Origin: Haplodiscus bocki
Taxonomy: Eukaryota
Length of the DNA stretch: 64,000 bases
Direction of reading: 5' to 3'
NCBI GenBank assembly: GCA_965655095.1
Contig: OZ296649.1
Location: 56,358,001 to 56,422,000, forward strand
Positions within the stretch are counted from its first letter, which is position 1. Each line of letters begins with the position of its first letter. The notes under the pieces were generated by a model, which ran no database searches, was not told the origin of the DNA, and saw only the letters and a list, made by a program, of their open reading frames with translations. Below, in pieces: positions 22,201 to 35,534 of this stretch. The position numbers and the translations under genes are program-made.

Positions 22201-25200
22201 ACAAGCCGCCAACCACGACAATGAACTGTGCCAGGAAGAAATGTATTAGCTGCTTTTAGCCCCGGGCAGTCATCGCAGCAGTCATCGACAAGCATCAACC
22301 ATTAAGATAGTCACATTTTTATCTTTCAAAACCAAATTTTATGAGATCACTGTTTGAAATTATCTATAGATCACGGAACGTCTGAACAAAATCCGTTACT
22401 TAGCCGACTTTCAATGAACCAATTTTTTTGGGACCAAACCTTTTCGAAAAAAAGTTCACGAATTTACTTCCTTTGTGCTTGAGCGAAAATGAATGGAACG
22501 TTGATCGCTTCGATGAAATTGTAAAAGTGAGCAATCGAGAACTTCTATTACATTTTTGACCGCAATGGATTTCATAAAATTTTTTGGGAAAAGCAGTGGT
22601 TGAAAGATTATTGACCGACTTGCACACGAATTTTATGAGTATGTAGACGTAGATCTCATGCACTGTTAGAGTTTTAATGACCTCAGAAACTTTGGATACA
22701 CTTTAATGTTTGCTTTTAAAATAGGCCGAAGTATTTTTCTTTGTATTGAAAGAATTGGTTCAAGAACAGTGAAAGAAGTACATCCATAAAATAGTTTGCC
22801 ATATTGAACAATTGGTTTCACATTACAAAAATATTACTTCAGGAAAACGCTCCGTGGGACGTAATGTCTCATTTTAGACATCTCAATGCCTGGCAAGTTC
22901 GAATCTTGTATATCTGACGTGTTCACAAAACTTCAGATTTCCATTGACCAAAAACTCCTAAATACCTACAATAATCTTTGGTATTAATAAAGAGTCATTT
23001 ATTTCAACCTGCAGAGTTGAAGCACTCCTCTTTCTCTTGAAATTAATTATTTTGGACTTGCCGACATTTGCAGATAACTTATTGGAAAAAAAATCAGTCA
23101 TATACATTGGAGAGTTCGTTTTGGAAATTTGGGGAAGACAAACAAACACTTGTAATATTTGTATCGTCTTCAAACAGATACACTTGCGAGAACTGAACTG
23201 CTTTAGAAATGTCATTGTTGTACATAAGGAATAAAAGTACACAAGGAATAAAAGTGTACTAAAACGGAACCTTTCGGAACTGTTGTTATATTTACCCAAT
23301 CGCATGCTTTACCATTAACTTTTAATACTTGATTTCTCTTTGTTAGATAACTTTCCAACCATTTGTTTGCGATTCATCAATCCCCATGAGCCTCTAATTT
23401 ATTTTGCAAAATCGAGTGATATAGAGTGCCCAATGCCTTTTTGGGATCGAGGAATACACTGATAATATAAATCTCTTTGGAGCCCATACGGATAATTTCC
23501 GTTAATTCCGCCGGTGCATCTATGGTGCAATGTTTCTTGCGGAAACCCGAATGTTTGTCCTACAGCAGATGATATTTTTCCAAATAGCTATACAAACGTC
23601 TCTGCATCACCCACTCAATAATTTTACCAAACTTTGGAAGAGAAATAGGTCTGTAGTTATTCAAATCCTTGCTGCACCCAGATTTGTGGAAGAGTTTAAC
23701 TTCAGCATGTCAGGATACACTCCAGATTCAAAAGAAATGTTAATAAGTTCTGAAATGAAAGGAGCGTTTGCCCTTGCACAATTTTTGAGCTTTACATTAC
23801 TAATATTGTGTGAACCAGATGAATGTTTGCTTTTGGGCTGTTGAATTACCTTCAGGCATTCGTTTTTCTGTTCTGAAAAACTGCATTAATTGATGTGCAC
23901 GCTGATCTGTTTTTTGTGTTTTCACAGGCAAAGACTCAGCAAATTTCGGTCCAACATATACAAAATGATGATCGAAAGCATTGGCAATCTCCGTGTATTC
24001 ACATACTTTATATCGGTCTACCTTTAAGCTACTCAATTGCTTTGACTGAACCCTGTTACCACTTACTTCTTTGAATACTTGAAAAACTTGCCTCGAGTCT
24101 CCAATACAGCCCGCGAGTTTCCTAAAAAAGAATTTTTTCTTGGCAAACCTTACCGCTTGATCAACTTTTTTCCTTGCATCAAGAAAGAATCTTATTCCTT
24201 TAGTGTTTGATTCACATGGAGGTCCAAAGACTCTGACGTTGTCTCTACGATTATACTGTTCGAGATTTCCTATTTGCGACATTGAATGTAGACGGGTTCT
24301 CTTCCATTAACTTGAGTTCCTGTTTCACTTCTTTTATGACATCCTCTTTGATGGCTTGCATAGAATCGTCTACTCGAACAGTAACTACTTGAATGAATTC
24401 TTTTTTAGTGCCCCGATGTTCTTGGGCATCATTGCCCTAAATGATCGATGAATCGGTTCTTCAATTTTAATCATCATCAGTTCTTCTGTTTCACTACTAG
24501 GGCTGCTGAGTTCTGCGAAAGGTCTTTTTTGAACGTTTCCTAACCAGAGGGGTTTGATCTTGGTATCGTAACGGAAGAATCTGAGGATCATTGGTAGCAG
24601 GTCTTTTTTGAACGTTTCCTTTAACCAGAGGGGTTTGATCTTGGTATCGTAACGGAAGAATCTGAGGATCATTGGTAGCGTCTGTGGCATTCGTCATTGT
24701 GAACGAGGCCAAATCAAGTAATCTGTGGAAGCACCGTATTGTTTATTCCAAGATTCTGTCGGAAGTATGTTGCGAACTCTTTGCTGCTAAGTTTCATTTT
24801 GAAGGAAGCTCTGAATATCCTGGCAGAATTAATGGATTGTTCGCCACAATTTTTCCCACTGTCTCCAGTACTATCAACGTCTAGACAACTCTCATTATCT
24901 ATTTCAAAAGTTTGACGCAACAATTTTGTGTTTTTATTTTGAGATTGTCCGCCTTTGTTCTGTCCCGTTTGGACAGCTCCCATTTTCTCTGCCTACATTT
25001 TTGACTTTTTTCTCGTTTTGGATTCTCGCAATACTCGGGAGGCTTTACAGTAACCTATTTAGCGAAGTTGCTGTTCATACCTCAACTGCCTTGTTGTTGA
25101 TTTGGTTTTACCGCTTTTAAGGCACTAAGTTGTAAAGCTTAAGGCCTATATATTTTACTTTCTCTACACAAACGCCTGTGTGCCTGGCCAGTTCAGCGAT

Positions 25201-28200
25201 AAAGTGAAACGAATGTTTTTCCTGATATCTATTTTCAAACGATTTTTTAATTTATTTTTTGCTTCCAAAGCTAGAGCTAACGCCACCCTTTGCTATTTAC
25301 TCTTCGATTTCAAGTAATGGTACTTTCAAGTAAGTGAAACATTAGTAATTAATTCGAATATTGTCACTTTTATCAACTCGACGCTTCGTTTTTTGCTTTT
25401 TCGAAATGGTAACCAATTCTCGGTTGGAAAAATTACAAACTCCTCAAATTCGATCGGTAGACCATTGAGGGCTCCGAAATTTTCAACGCTTTGAATTGTC
25501 TAGACTTTGAATTTTTAGACACTTAGAATATTCCACGCGATGGGAGTTTTTGCTCAGTTTGCGCAATTCAATTTTTTTTTGCAAATCGGTGGCATAAATT
25601 AGTTAATTTCATTTTAAAAATAATTTCTTGACGATCAATGTCTAGTATCCTTTTAGCCTATGTTTATTCTTTCGTGACAATTCCAGCTTCAATTTTTGAA
25701 ACCTGAGGCTCGTGGCTAGAGTTACAACGTGGCTTTTCTGTCGAATTATCTTGCATGTGATCGGCAGTTTTTTGCTCACCAGTGTTCTCAGCTATATAAG
25801 TATTTCGAAGGATCTAAGGTTCAATTTAACGAGAACAAATGCGACGTAAAATAAGATTGATCAAATTCCGAAACTGATTGTCATGGCTATAAAGTCAGGC
25901 TTTGCGGTCAATTACAGCGATGGCTAGTTGATGACACAAATGAAGAAAGCCTTAATTGACTTGCATGTCAGGGCTTCTTCTCCATATCGAAGCCGAAGGC
26001 GACGATGTCAAAGGCACTACGTCGACCTGTTTTGCAGATCGGACATGATGGAATCGTACAATTCTGCCTCACTTAACGGTTCCAATCTAAATTGATGCTT
26101 AATCTTGAGTTCCGCGTAGAGTCACCAGAGGGCTTTAACTAATCAACATCAAAACGTAAAAAGCGTGTGTTAATGACGGGGCTGCTGTCAATTTTTCCAT
26201 TTTCCGCTGTCGGAATTAACAAAAGCGCTAAATTTACTTGTCAGTTCGCCCGAATTTTCCTTTATTTTCTCCACAAAGTCAAAAACTGCTGTTTTTGGGC
26301 AGAATGAAACTGAATTATGAATAACGTATAATTTTAGCGGGAAAATGGCAATTTTTCTTGTTTTTTTTTTTACGAAAACGCCCCCAGATTTTTTGATCTT
26401 TTACCTAACGAATCTATCTATCTACGCAACACGCATGAATTTGGAATGTGAAAATTTTGAAATGTTCCTTTACAGATGGAGTTTTCAGTCGGCATTTACT
26501 TAAGTACCCAAGGTGAGAACAGCTCAGAGTCGCCGCTGCCCAGCTCTCGGGCGCGAAAACTTCAGTGAACCATTCGGGGGAGTACAAGGAAAAATAATAT
26601 TTCACAACGCCAAAAAAATCGTAGAAAGCACCTTCTTGTGTCTGTGACTACTTGCCCGTGCTTGTTATAGACTGTATCTGCATGCCTTAAATTAATAAGC
26701 CATTGAAAAAAGTCATGAAAAAAGTAGACTATTAGCTGTGATTTAAACAAAATATTAAGTGACTAAAAGTCTCGGCTTTTTTTACCACAGTAAATGCGCC
26801 GGTTAAAACAGCCGACTTCTTTCAGGTTATTTGAAATCACTACGAATAGTCTACTTTTTTTCTAAATTTTTATTTAACTTTTTGGAATGCATTCAAGTAC
26901 AGTGGGCAAGTACTAAAGGGCCAAAAAGATACCTTTTGGAAGTTTTTTCCGTACTGTGAAACGAAAGTTTTTGTCAGAATCGTGAACCCCCACTTATTGT
27001 ATGCAGTTTTTCGATACCTCGTTTCAGAAATACCAGAATGGCCCATCACGATATCGCTGTTATTTCAGAACAAGAGGCGCATTCGCGCTACGATGTTTTC
27101 CGTCAAAGAGGAGCAATAGTTGATCTGAGGTACCAACAACTTCAACAAAAGGAAAACATTTTTCGCCACATAAAGATCTCGACGCAAACCTTGACGAAAT
27201 TCATGCTAGGAGATTCAGAGAATTGTGTTGAAACTCAGCAAAACAACAATATTGGAAGGACTCCATTTTGAGCCTATCAGGATTTGAATTTGAGGAACAA
27301 AATCAGAGAATATTCAATCAAATGGTCGTTTACTAGTGTAACAAGTGTCAATTCAGACCCTGATCGGAGAATTCAGAACTGTAGTTTCCGAGAAGGTGTT
27401 GGAATATGAAGATCAGCTTGCACTCATAGCACTTTTGGCCGATCAGGATTCTGATCCGAATGTAAGAAAGAATTCTTGCGATTTTTAAACTACAAGTAGT
27501 TATCCTCAAGTAAAAGGCTATTGATTGACTCCTTGATGTAAAAATGAAGCAGGCTGACTTTGGGAAATAAAAATTCGAAGATCGAAGTATTTCAAGAGCA
27601 ACAGCACCTTGTGAGATTTCTGGTACATCAGAATTCCACCGCACGGAACGCAGTCAGTGATTGTAAATTCGACGCTGCAACAAAGGAGGAAAGCTTTAGG
27701 TTGAGACTTTGAAAGAAATCAAGTCATTAGCTACGGAGTAACGCGTCTTTGAAAATGAACATGAGTCCGTTTTAGAATATTTTTGGACGATCAGGATTCC
27801 AATGCAGGGAGCGAAAGTTTCGTTAGTTTTCAAATCCAAGACGCCTTCAAAAACCGAAATAACGTTTTGATTGCGACCTTGGTGGAAGAATTCAAGATGT
27901 AGTTTTGTAGAATTATGAGTTTGAATGTAGGAATTCATCAATAATAATAGCTTTTGTGTAATTGTCGGACTATCAGTATTCCGATCCAAGGAACCAAATT
28001 ATTCGTTTTTAAATCGAGTACTCCAACAGAGACAGAAAGCTTCCTTCGGAATGAGACCTTGAAGCAAGATCTCAAGTCAGTTATGGAGAATTATGAATTG
28101 GAGTATCAACAAAGTGTCAAAAGCGATCGCAGTTTTTTTGACGTTTCCGAACTCGCCGAATTCCAGCACGAGGATCAAACTCTGAATTTTTGAATGCAAA

Positions 28201-31200
28201 TTTCCTCTACAGCTGCAAAAAGTGTCGAATGAATCATTGATGAAAGAAACCTATGTTGTAATGAGACAAATATGAATTTGAGTTTTTCGAATACCAAAAT
28301 AAGTCAAAGTTTTTTTGGGCTTTTTCAGACCACTAGGAGTCCGACGCAAAAAAAAGCAGAATCAAAAGCTTCTTAATCGAGCATTCCTATACAAGTAGAC
28401 AGCTTTCTATTGATACCTTGATGAAAGAAATCAAGCCTGCTGTTTTGGACGATTATGATTATCTGAATATCGAGATTTGTCGATAATAAAAGACTGGCAT
28501 CTTCGAGTGGTCAGATTTCCGATGGCAGGAACAAGGGCGTTATTTCGTTTAGCTTGGCCCCCAGGTGTTTCAGACTTTCGGTTTAATAGTCACTTCGAGA
28601 AATCGAGCCAATGTTTACCGAGGAAAGAGTCTGAAAGTTGCGATCTGTGCACAACTTTCGGCACGTTTTCGGATTTCCGGTGTATGATGATTATGATGCA
28701 AGGAATAAATTGAACTGATTTGATTTTCAACTGAAATGATTTTTCAACAACACTTCTTTACACGGTTAAGACGTCCAATTGAAACTTTCATGCCGTATAT
28801 CAAGCTTGTAGTTGCGGACAAGGATGACTTTTTGAATACCAAGATAAATCGAAATTGATAGCTGTTTTTGGATATTTCAGAGTGTCAGGATTCCGATGCT
28901 CGGAACAAAATCGAATCTATTCATTCGATCACTTCACAATTAGATCGATTTTGATTGAGACGTGGAAGGAAGAACTCACGCCTGTATTCACAGAGAAGTA
29001 CAAGTTTGAGTTTCGAGATAAATCAATCTTACTAGCACATTTTGGACTATAAGGTTTTCAATCGACGGAAAGAAATCGATGAATTTTCAGTCAAGTAGTT
29101 CGTCACAAGTAGAAAACTTTGCAGACTTTGATGGGAGAAACCAATCCTGTATTTTTGGAGAAATAAGAATTGGGATATCGAGATAAATCATTATGCAAAG
29201 CATTTTTTGAATTTTTTGGAATATCGGTATTCCGACCTCATCATGGCATTTTAGTTGCATCTGCCTTCAAATGTTCGAAATTGTCGATTGAGAACTTGAT
29301 GGAAGATATTGGGCCAACATTTATGGAGACATGAAAAGTTTGAAATTGTAGATTTTTCAGAACTTATCGCAGTTTCTCGCGTTTCCGGTTTATCAGGAAT
29401 CTGATACAAGGAACAAAATGAATGAATCTTCAATCGAATACTCCTCTTCAAGTAGAAGACTTTTGATTGAGTCCTTATGATAAAGTAGGACCCTGTGTTT
29501 TCAGAGAAATGTGGTTTTCATCGTCGGCAAAATTCAAAACTAATTGCGGTTTGTGGCATTCCCTCATTGTGGCGATAACAGAACGATATTTTCCAGCAGA
29601 ATAATACGAAATAAGGGTGTACTTTTTTAACCCGGAGAAACTACAATAGCAAACAAAACTGACATGAAAAAGCCCAAAATTTTTCAGAAGATGTTTTTGA
29701 TTAATTTCAAGAAATTTACAAATTTTTTTCGGCGTTTTAGGAAAATCAGAAAATTTTTTCAAAAGCATTGAAAAAGTCCAATATCAGTTTTGTCGGAAAA
29801 CAGTTACTTTTTCAGAAAATTGCTCATTTAGAATCAACTCTAAGTGTTGTCGAAAGAAAAACTCGAAAGTATTAAAAAAAAACGTGGGCCACAGCGCGAT
29901 TCGACCCCGCTACCTGAGGGAAACCTGACCGCGTTGCCACCCTACATATGTAATATGGAAGCCGCCAACGGTTCTGCAGACATGAAATCTGCGCGTCATG
30001 GGCATTTTCATGAAAATTAAAAAACTCTCATTATTGAATTGAATATTTTCATTTTGAAGATTTTTTTACCGGGTTAAAACTTTCGACGTCTTTTTGTGAT
30101 ACCCCACTCTATAGGACAAATGAGCAGCTCGGATTGTGAGCTGTTCTCAGCTTGTTAGATTTTCAAAGTTAGTCAGAATTAGCTAATTTCCCGATTTTCC
30201 CCTGGATTTGGCACTTCTGTCAATGCCAATTTTTTAGTTAATAGTTAAAACCAATACGATAGAGAAGCACAAATGTAGCAGAATTCAGCGCAGTGTTCAA
30301 AAATACTCTACATGGCTAATTTCTATTTGGGAATTTATCTTCTATTTTTTCTTTTGCGTTGAAAATTGTTCTGAAACGAAAAATATGGCAATATTACCGC
30401 AAGATTTTGAATTTTGTTTTGAAATAGTAGGCTTTAATGTGAATGTTTCAGAATTCAAGAATATTTTTCCGTAAAATTTCTTCGATTAACAGTTGCTCTG
30501 GTAATTCTAAACGTGTCAATTACGTCCGACATCGTTATATCAAATAAACTGTTTTTCCGGTCTTTAATTTCATTGTCATTGTTTGTGACATTGGATCGTT
30601 CGGTTTTTCTGTTCAGGATGTGTTACGATGCCTCCTCTTCGCCTGTGTTTGATTTTTGTTTAACAAGAGGCGCAGCAGCGTTGCGATATTTTCCGTCGAC
30701 GTTGGTTCAGAAATGGCTCAAAAATGAAATTGCTGAAAAGTTGAAGAAAAAGATAGGCATCGTCATGTGCTCGCTCTTAGCTCAGTATGTACAGTTTTAG
30801 ACAGAAACGGAAGTCTTTCGCAGTTTTGGCTTGGTGTTCCCAAAAAGGGTTTCCAAGTGTCCAGATGGACGTTTAATTTAGCCAGCAAACGTTTTTGAAG
30901 CTTTTGAAATTTTCTAGTTTTTTTCGACTTTGAGTGGAACCAAACAAGGGTTTGGTTAATGTTCTCAAAACTGATTTCTACGTGTCCAGAGGAACCGTTT
31001 GGGGAAAAAATGGAAAAAAAGAGATGATTTATACGTTTTTTTTTGGACTTTGAGTGAACATTTTTGGCCTAAAAGCTGAAAAATTTTGGTGGGGTTGTCA
31101 ATTGCGTTCTATTTGTCCAGAGGAACGAACAGTTTAGGCAATTTTTTCCCAAAAATTTTATTTGACGCAGCCAGGAATGGCAAGTCACCGGAGAAGAAAA

Positions 31201-34200
31201 GTCTACCTAATTTGAGAGCGATTTTTCTATCGAAATTACATTACGGCATGAAATAATAATCCGATGATATTCCTCGAAGTTGGAGAAATTTTCGGGTGTG
31301 TTTAATCAAAACCTTCCTTACACTATCAATTTAATTTGAATTTCCGAAACAGAGTCACAAAAACAGTAGTGCTGAATAAGCGTTGTATCAAAGATATTAG
31401 GGTTTTAATTTGACCTGAGGGTTTGATACTAAATTGTCTGCTGTTATGGTAAAGAGAATTATGTTTTGGACTGAAATTTGTGCAGATTGAATGGTCCGCA
31501 CGTGGAATTCGGATTGTATATCGATGTTCTGAATTATATTGAGCACTATCTGATTTGTTATATCGACGAGTTGCTAACACTCGTTTGGCACATGAGTTGA
31601 ATGAAAAGTGATTTCAAGTAGCGTTTTTAGTCGGAGCGTGTCAACTGTAAAATTTGTTTGGTTCAGGTTTCGTGTTCTCTATGGTTGGCTCCTTGAAACA
31701 ACTCTTTCTTGCTTCCTCAATATTTAACAAGCCGGAAAAGGCTCAAGTCTGCTCGGTATGTGTCAGTTTGATTTAACTCGAAGAATATATTAGATGCTAC
31801 GAAGAAGATGTGATGCTTCAGAGGGTCCTCTAACAGATTTGATAAAATTTGATTTGCTTCAAAGCATCAAAGTCTGTCATTACAAGCGGCTCGAAAAACG
31901 TCATACCAATAGTCGGGGTTGTTACACGCGCCCTGTAAAAATATAGACATTAAGGAGCTTAATGCTGGGCTCGCGGCAACAGTTTTTCAAAAAAAGCAAA
32001 AAAAAGTGCCATCACTTTCCACTTGACGCCTCGGGGTCTCAAGAATTTGATCTAACTTGAGAACTTAAATTCAACGAGGTTTCTTCAAAAGAGAAGGGTT
32101 TTCGAGCTTCACCATAGAACCTATTCGAAAAATTGCTTACCGCAATGAAAATGTAGTATATGATGAATTGGAGTCGTTTCATTTTGCCTACACAAAATTG
32201 AAGTACTTTGAAGACCTATGGGCCAAAATGACTGACTTCAAATGAGTAAAAGTTTTCGAAATACCTAAAAATTACTTGGTTTTTGCGTTTTTTTGGCAAA
32301 AAAAACGATTGAAAAAAATTCGCTCTTGAACAAAATTATGAGCTGTAGATGGAATGGAGTCTCTTTTAAGATTTTGCACATTATACATGATTTCGAGGCC
32401 TGTATCCGAAGTTAAGCGACTCTATTAGTACAAATTATAGTCAAAGTAGCGATGGAACCTTTTGAATATAAGTCGGACCGCAACCAAAATTTAGCATGTG
32501 GTTGTTTAGAGTCTTGTAACTTTTCGCAACAATCCAAAGTTCTGTCAAATAGTACAAAAAGTACTGAGCTTTGAACCAAAAATATCGAATTGAAAATAAA
32601 ACGGGAAAAAATTTGCGGTTCTTTTCTGTTGATAACCCCCCCACCCACCCACACACACACACACCATAATGGATATCCAAAATGCGAAATAATCAGCGGC
32701 GTATTGTTTTAACTCGCGCTCGAGTGAATTTTAGCCAATTAGAGACGAGTTCGCTTCTGTGTGTGTGTGTGTAGGGGGGGGGGGGGGGGGGGAGAGGGTG
32801 ACTGGCGAGTTAAAAAAAAAGATCCAAATGTGCCACTGAATTTTCCTATGTAAAGGGGTCCTAAATAGGTTTCGCTTCTTTATTGGTCTGGTCGCCTGAA
32901 CAGTGCATAGCGCATTCTATATTGTAGAAAATAGGATCTAACGCATAGCTTCGGTACACGTGGACCAGAAAAAATTTGGTAAAAATTGTGATATCCGCAT
33001 TTTTTTCATGAAAAACTTTTTGAACGATTAAATGTTCCCTACTGATTTTTTTAGCACCGTGCTACCACGATAAAGCGCCCTACAAGTTTTGCCTTGAGAC
33101 AAAAGTTCTGGAAAAACTTGATTTTTTTTGACAATGAATATTTTCAAAGAACAAACGTTTTCGAAACGTCTGAAGGCTGCCTTGAATATTTCGAACCGAG
33201 GACCGCGCCTCCTTGGGTCGTGCGCGGCTTTTTAAAATTAATTCCTACAAGTTGAGTTGATATTTTTGAAGTATTGATAATTTTGAAAGCAGAGAATGGA
33301 GTCCTTTGTTCAATTTATCACTTGATTTGAAATGAGACAACCTTCAAAGAAGTTGTTTGTCTCAGGCTGTGGAAGAACACAAAGTGGAGTTGGAGAGCGT
33401 GAAGCAGCAGGCAGCTGAAAAAGAGGCGAGTCTGAAAAGAGAGGTGGACCTACTGAAGAGTCAACTTAAGAGATACATCAGTGCAGTAAATACTTTGAAG
33501 AATGACAGAAAGCATACCAAAACAGAACTCGCATTTGAAGGTGATTATCATTGAACACCTCAATTATGATATTTTCCTAACCTGTTTCATTACACCAACT
33601 TTTAAATTTTGAGTTGATGCGTTATGCAGCTAAGCAATTACACCGTTTCATATTTTTCCTCATTTTTGGCCCTTTTATTCACTTTTAGGTTCTACAATGG
33701 CGGAATTGGACGTCTCGCCTCTAGATGGAATTGACGGGGAGTCAAACAGTTTAGAGGCTTCAGATGAAGCTACAACGTATGAAGCTAAGCTGGTGGCCAT
33801 GAGTGGACTTCATGCTGAGTTGTTGGAACTGAACGAACAACTGCAGAATGAGTTGCTTGCAAAAGACAGAACAATCCACCACTTGCGAAACGAAGTCAAC
33901 GTTCTCAGGGGACCTTTGCCAGGTTAATGTATTAGTATAAAGGTTCTATAACCCATAGTGTATTGTAATAGGCGCAAAAGGTATGTTTAATTATCTTTCG
34001 TGTCAAAATATGACCTTTTCACAAATTGTAATTCAATTTTTTGACCTGCAAAAAATTGTTTTACAAGCATCTTGGAGAATAAATTCCATAATTGAAAGTC
34101 CAAACTTTCACCAAAAAACTATTCGGAACCGTTGTATATTTGATAGGTGTTGATAATATTGATCCGGGCAATCGACATTGTAGTTAATTGTCACTCTCCG

Positions 34201-34735
34201 AAGTGCGTTCTGTACACTTGCTCAAGCAAGTGTCATGAAATCATTCAAAACACAAATATAGAGCCAAATTACGAAGCCATTTTAGGGACTGTTCCTTCAC
34301 TCTTCCAAACAGTTTTCTATTCTAGGAAATGAATTTTTGACAGTTGAAGATTTGGCTGCCATGTTTGTAAACATTTGGATTCCGTCATTTTTCCTGCGAC
34401 AAAATCACCACATATACCAAATATCGATCAGAATCAAAAACGAGGAATGGAAAGTGTTCAAAAGATATCAGCAGTTCTACGATTTTCATTGTTCTCTGAA
34501 GAAAGAATACCCCATTGTCGAAAGTTTTGAGCTACCGCCCAAAAAGACGGTTGGAAATAAAGATGCCAAATTTATTGAGGAACGCAAACGTGGTCTACAA
34601 ATATACCTGCAAAAGACAACTAATTATCTCGTGAGACAACATTCTCGCATTAGAAGCCAGTTATCCAAGGATGTTCTGATCAACTTTCTACCCTTTTTCA
34701 GCCCCGTTCATAATGCCTTCACTGTCAATAGATGA
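18024..34735 (+). CDS. SNX29: Sorting nexin-29-like protein (RUN, coiled coil, PX), 5 coding exons, ~745 aa
   Basis: join(18024-19256,19562-19747,33366-33540,33689-33922,34326-34735) = 2238 nt, GT-AG with consistent phases. RUN motifs: AVKQCQSTFGGKSQLA, LERIFHHGLK, ARGRAWIRACLNEH. Coiled coil: YEAKLVAMSGLHAELLELNEQLQ. PX: VNIWIPSFFL...HHIYQI.IRI...W.VFKRYQQFYDFH...LPPKKTVGNKDAKFIEERKRGLQ. Confidence 0.88.
19562..19747 (+). CDS. SNX29: SNX29-like exon 2
   Basis: ttttag|KAELDQ...EMKQAALDMMKRKDEFERENNLLQ...LQK|gtaagg. Confidence 0.85.
20225..21335. mobile_element. Possible non-autonomous MULE-like element with degenerate long TIRs
   Basis: Left end cccaaaatatccaagg...ccataccaattaaataattaa resembles the reverse complement of the right end (ggtggcaggacaaaatacccaaacccaaaatatctaag...ctatactaattgaataattaa). 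Confidence 0.35.
21790..25130 (-). mobile_element. Decayed, internally deleted L2/Crack-type LINE in SNX29 intron 2 ('locus A')
   Basis: ORF1 motif LEQYNRRDNVRVFG is joined to mid-ORF2. RT remnants include DDTNI, and the C-terminus reads HEIYVYILIKFVCKSVN. The long 3' UTR ends gagaaataaattctttattc. The 5' boundary is approximate. Confidence 0.8.
24520..24679. repeat. Tandem duplication, 79 + 81 bp
   Basis: aggtcttttttgaacgtttcct(tt)aaccagagggg...gatcattggtagc occurs twice. Confidence 0.9.
27250..29550. repeat. Highly diverged ~175-180 bp satellite, about 13 monomers
   Basis: Recurring core tttggac/gatcaggattccgatgc.ggaacaaaatc near 27275, 27442, 27628, 27790, 27972, 28160, 28335, 28510, 28690, 28885, 29050, 29222 and 29392. 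Confidence 0.6.
31380..31900 (-). mobile_element. Possible decayed Penelope-like element (GIY-YIG end)
   Basis: Minus-strand peptides CFKEPTI.., SEHRYTIR...DHSICTNF..H and SIKPSGQ resemble the Penelope endonuclease C-terminus. Confidence 0.4.
32635..32793. repeat. Inverted microsatellite pair: C-rich-(CA)n ... (TG)n-poly(G)
   Basis: ccccccacccacccacacacacacacacc at ~32635-32667 and tgtgtgtgtgtgtgtagggggggggggggggggg at ~32758-32792. Confidence 0.85.
33366..33540 (+). CDS. SNX29: SNX29-like exon 3
   Basis: ctcag|AVEEHKVE...LKREVDLLKSQLKRYISAV...FE g|gtgatt. Confidence 0.85.
33689..33922 (+). CDS. SNX29: SNX29-like exon 4
   Basis: ttttag|(G)STMAEL...YEAKLVAMSGLHAELLELNEQLQ...LRGPLP g|gttaat. 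Confidence 0.88.
34326..34735 (+). CDS. SNX29: SNX29-like exon 5 (PX domain, last)
   Basis: tctag|(G)NEFLTVEDL...VNIWIPS...KRYQQF...PPKK...ERKRGLQIYL...LPFFS...*. Confidence 0.9.
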
Positions 34736-35182
34736 GTAGCCGATCTGTGTTCACATATCATAAATTATCTATTTATGCATTCAAGTAATTTAACAACTCA
34801 GTTGTCTAGCTTTAGAAGTGAAGTTTCAATAGCTTAAATTTTTATTTTGGCAATTTGATAATGAATTGAGATCGTTTTTTTTTGCTAGAATGGAATCAGC
34901 CTAGTTGGAAATGACTATTGTTTCCTGTATATATGAAATGAAATTTTTCGTAGTTTATTGAGATCAGTTCATCAATTATTTTTCGAATGTGTGCCATAAA
35001 CAACGGGTAGTCACTAGTGAGTGTCTGGGAGGCAAAGTGATCACGAAAAATTCTATGCGATCACGAAAATTTTTTTTCTACCGTCCTATGCGTCACAGGT
35101 GCCTATGATTATTAATTCTAACTACTAGCACACAGTATCTTTAATCATTGATCTTTATTTGTATTTTTTGCTGGCTGCTGAC

Positions 35183-35190
35183 TATAAATA
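35183..35190 (+). promoter_or_regulatory. Candidate TATA box of the third gene
   Basis: TATAAATA lies upstream of a donor (cag|gtaaat at 35278) and an acceptor (ttttcag| at 35390), suggesting a 5' UTR exon and a 113-nt intron. Confidence 0.35.
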
Positions 35191-35396
35191 GTGATTCGAG
35201 AACCGATTACGTCAAACTTGTGTAACTTATTTAAGGAAAAGTATAATGTATCAAACGAAGAAGATGTGATTAAACAGGTAAATAATGCGTTTTGCATTGG
35301 GTTATTGAACCAATCGAAGTTATAAACTTGTTTTCAGCAAAGTTTGACGTTAGATTTTTTGCAATAGTAGCGCTTTTTTGATATTTTCAGGTTAAA

Positions 35397-35534
35397 ATGA
35401 GTGGCAATCAGGGCTTAAATAGTATGCGGACTTTATTAAAAGACTTCAACACAATGTACAAAGAACGTTTGACTGCCATTGAGAGTGATGAAGATAGAGA
35501 AGGGGATGGAAATCAGAGTCTACGAACTTACAAG
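35397..35534 (+). CDS. Probable first coding exon of an unidentified (helical/coiled-coil?) protein
   Basis: ttttcag|gttaaaATG MSGNQGLNSMRTLLKDFNTMYKERLTAIESDEDREGDGNQSLRTYK|gttttc. It has a clean acceptor, ATG context and phase-0 donor, but no downstream exon was identified. Confidence 0.6.
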
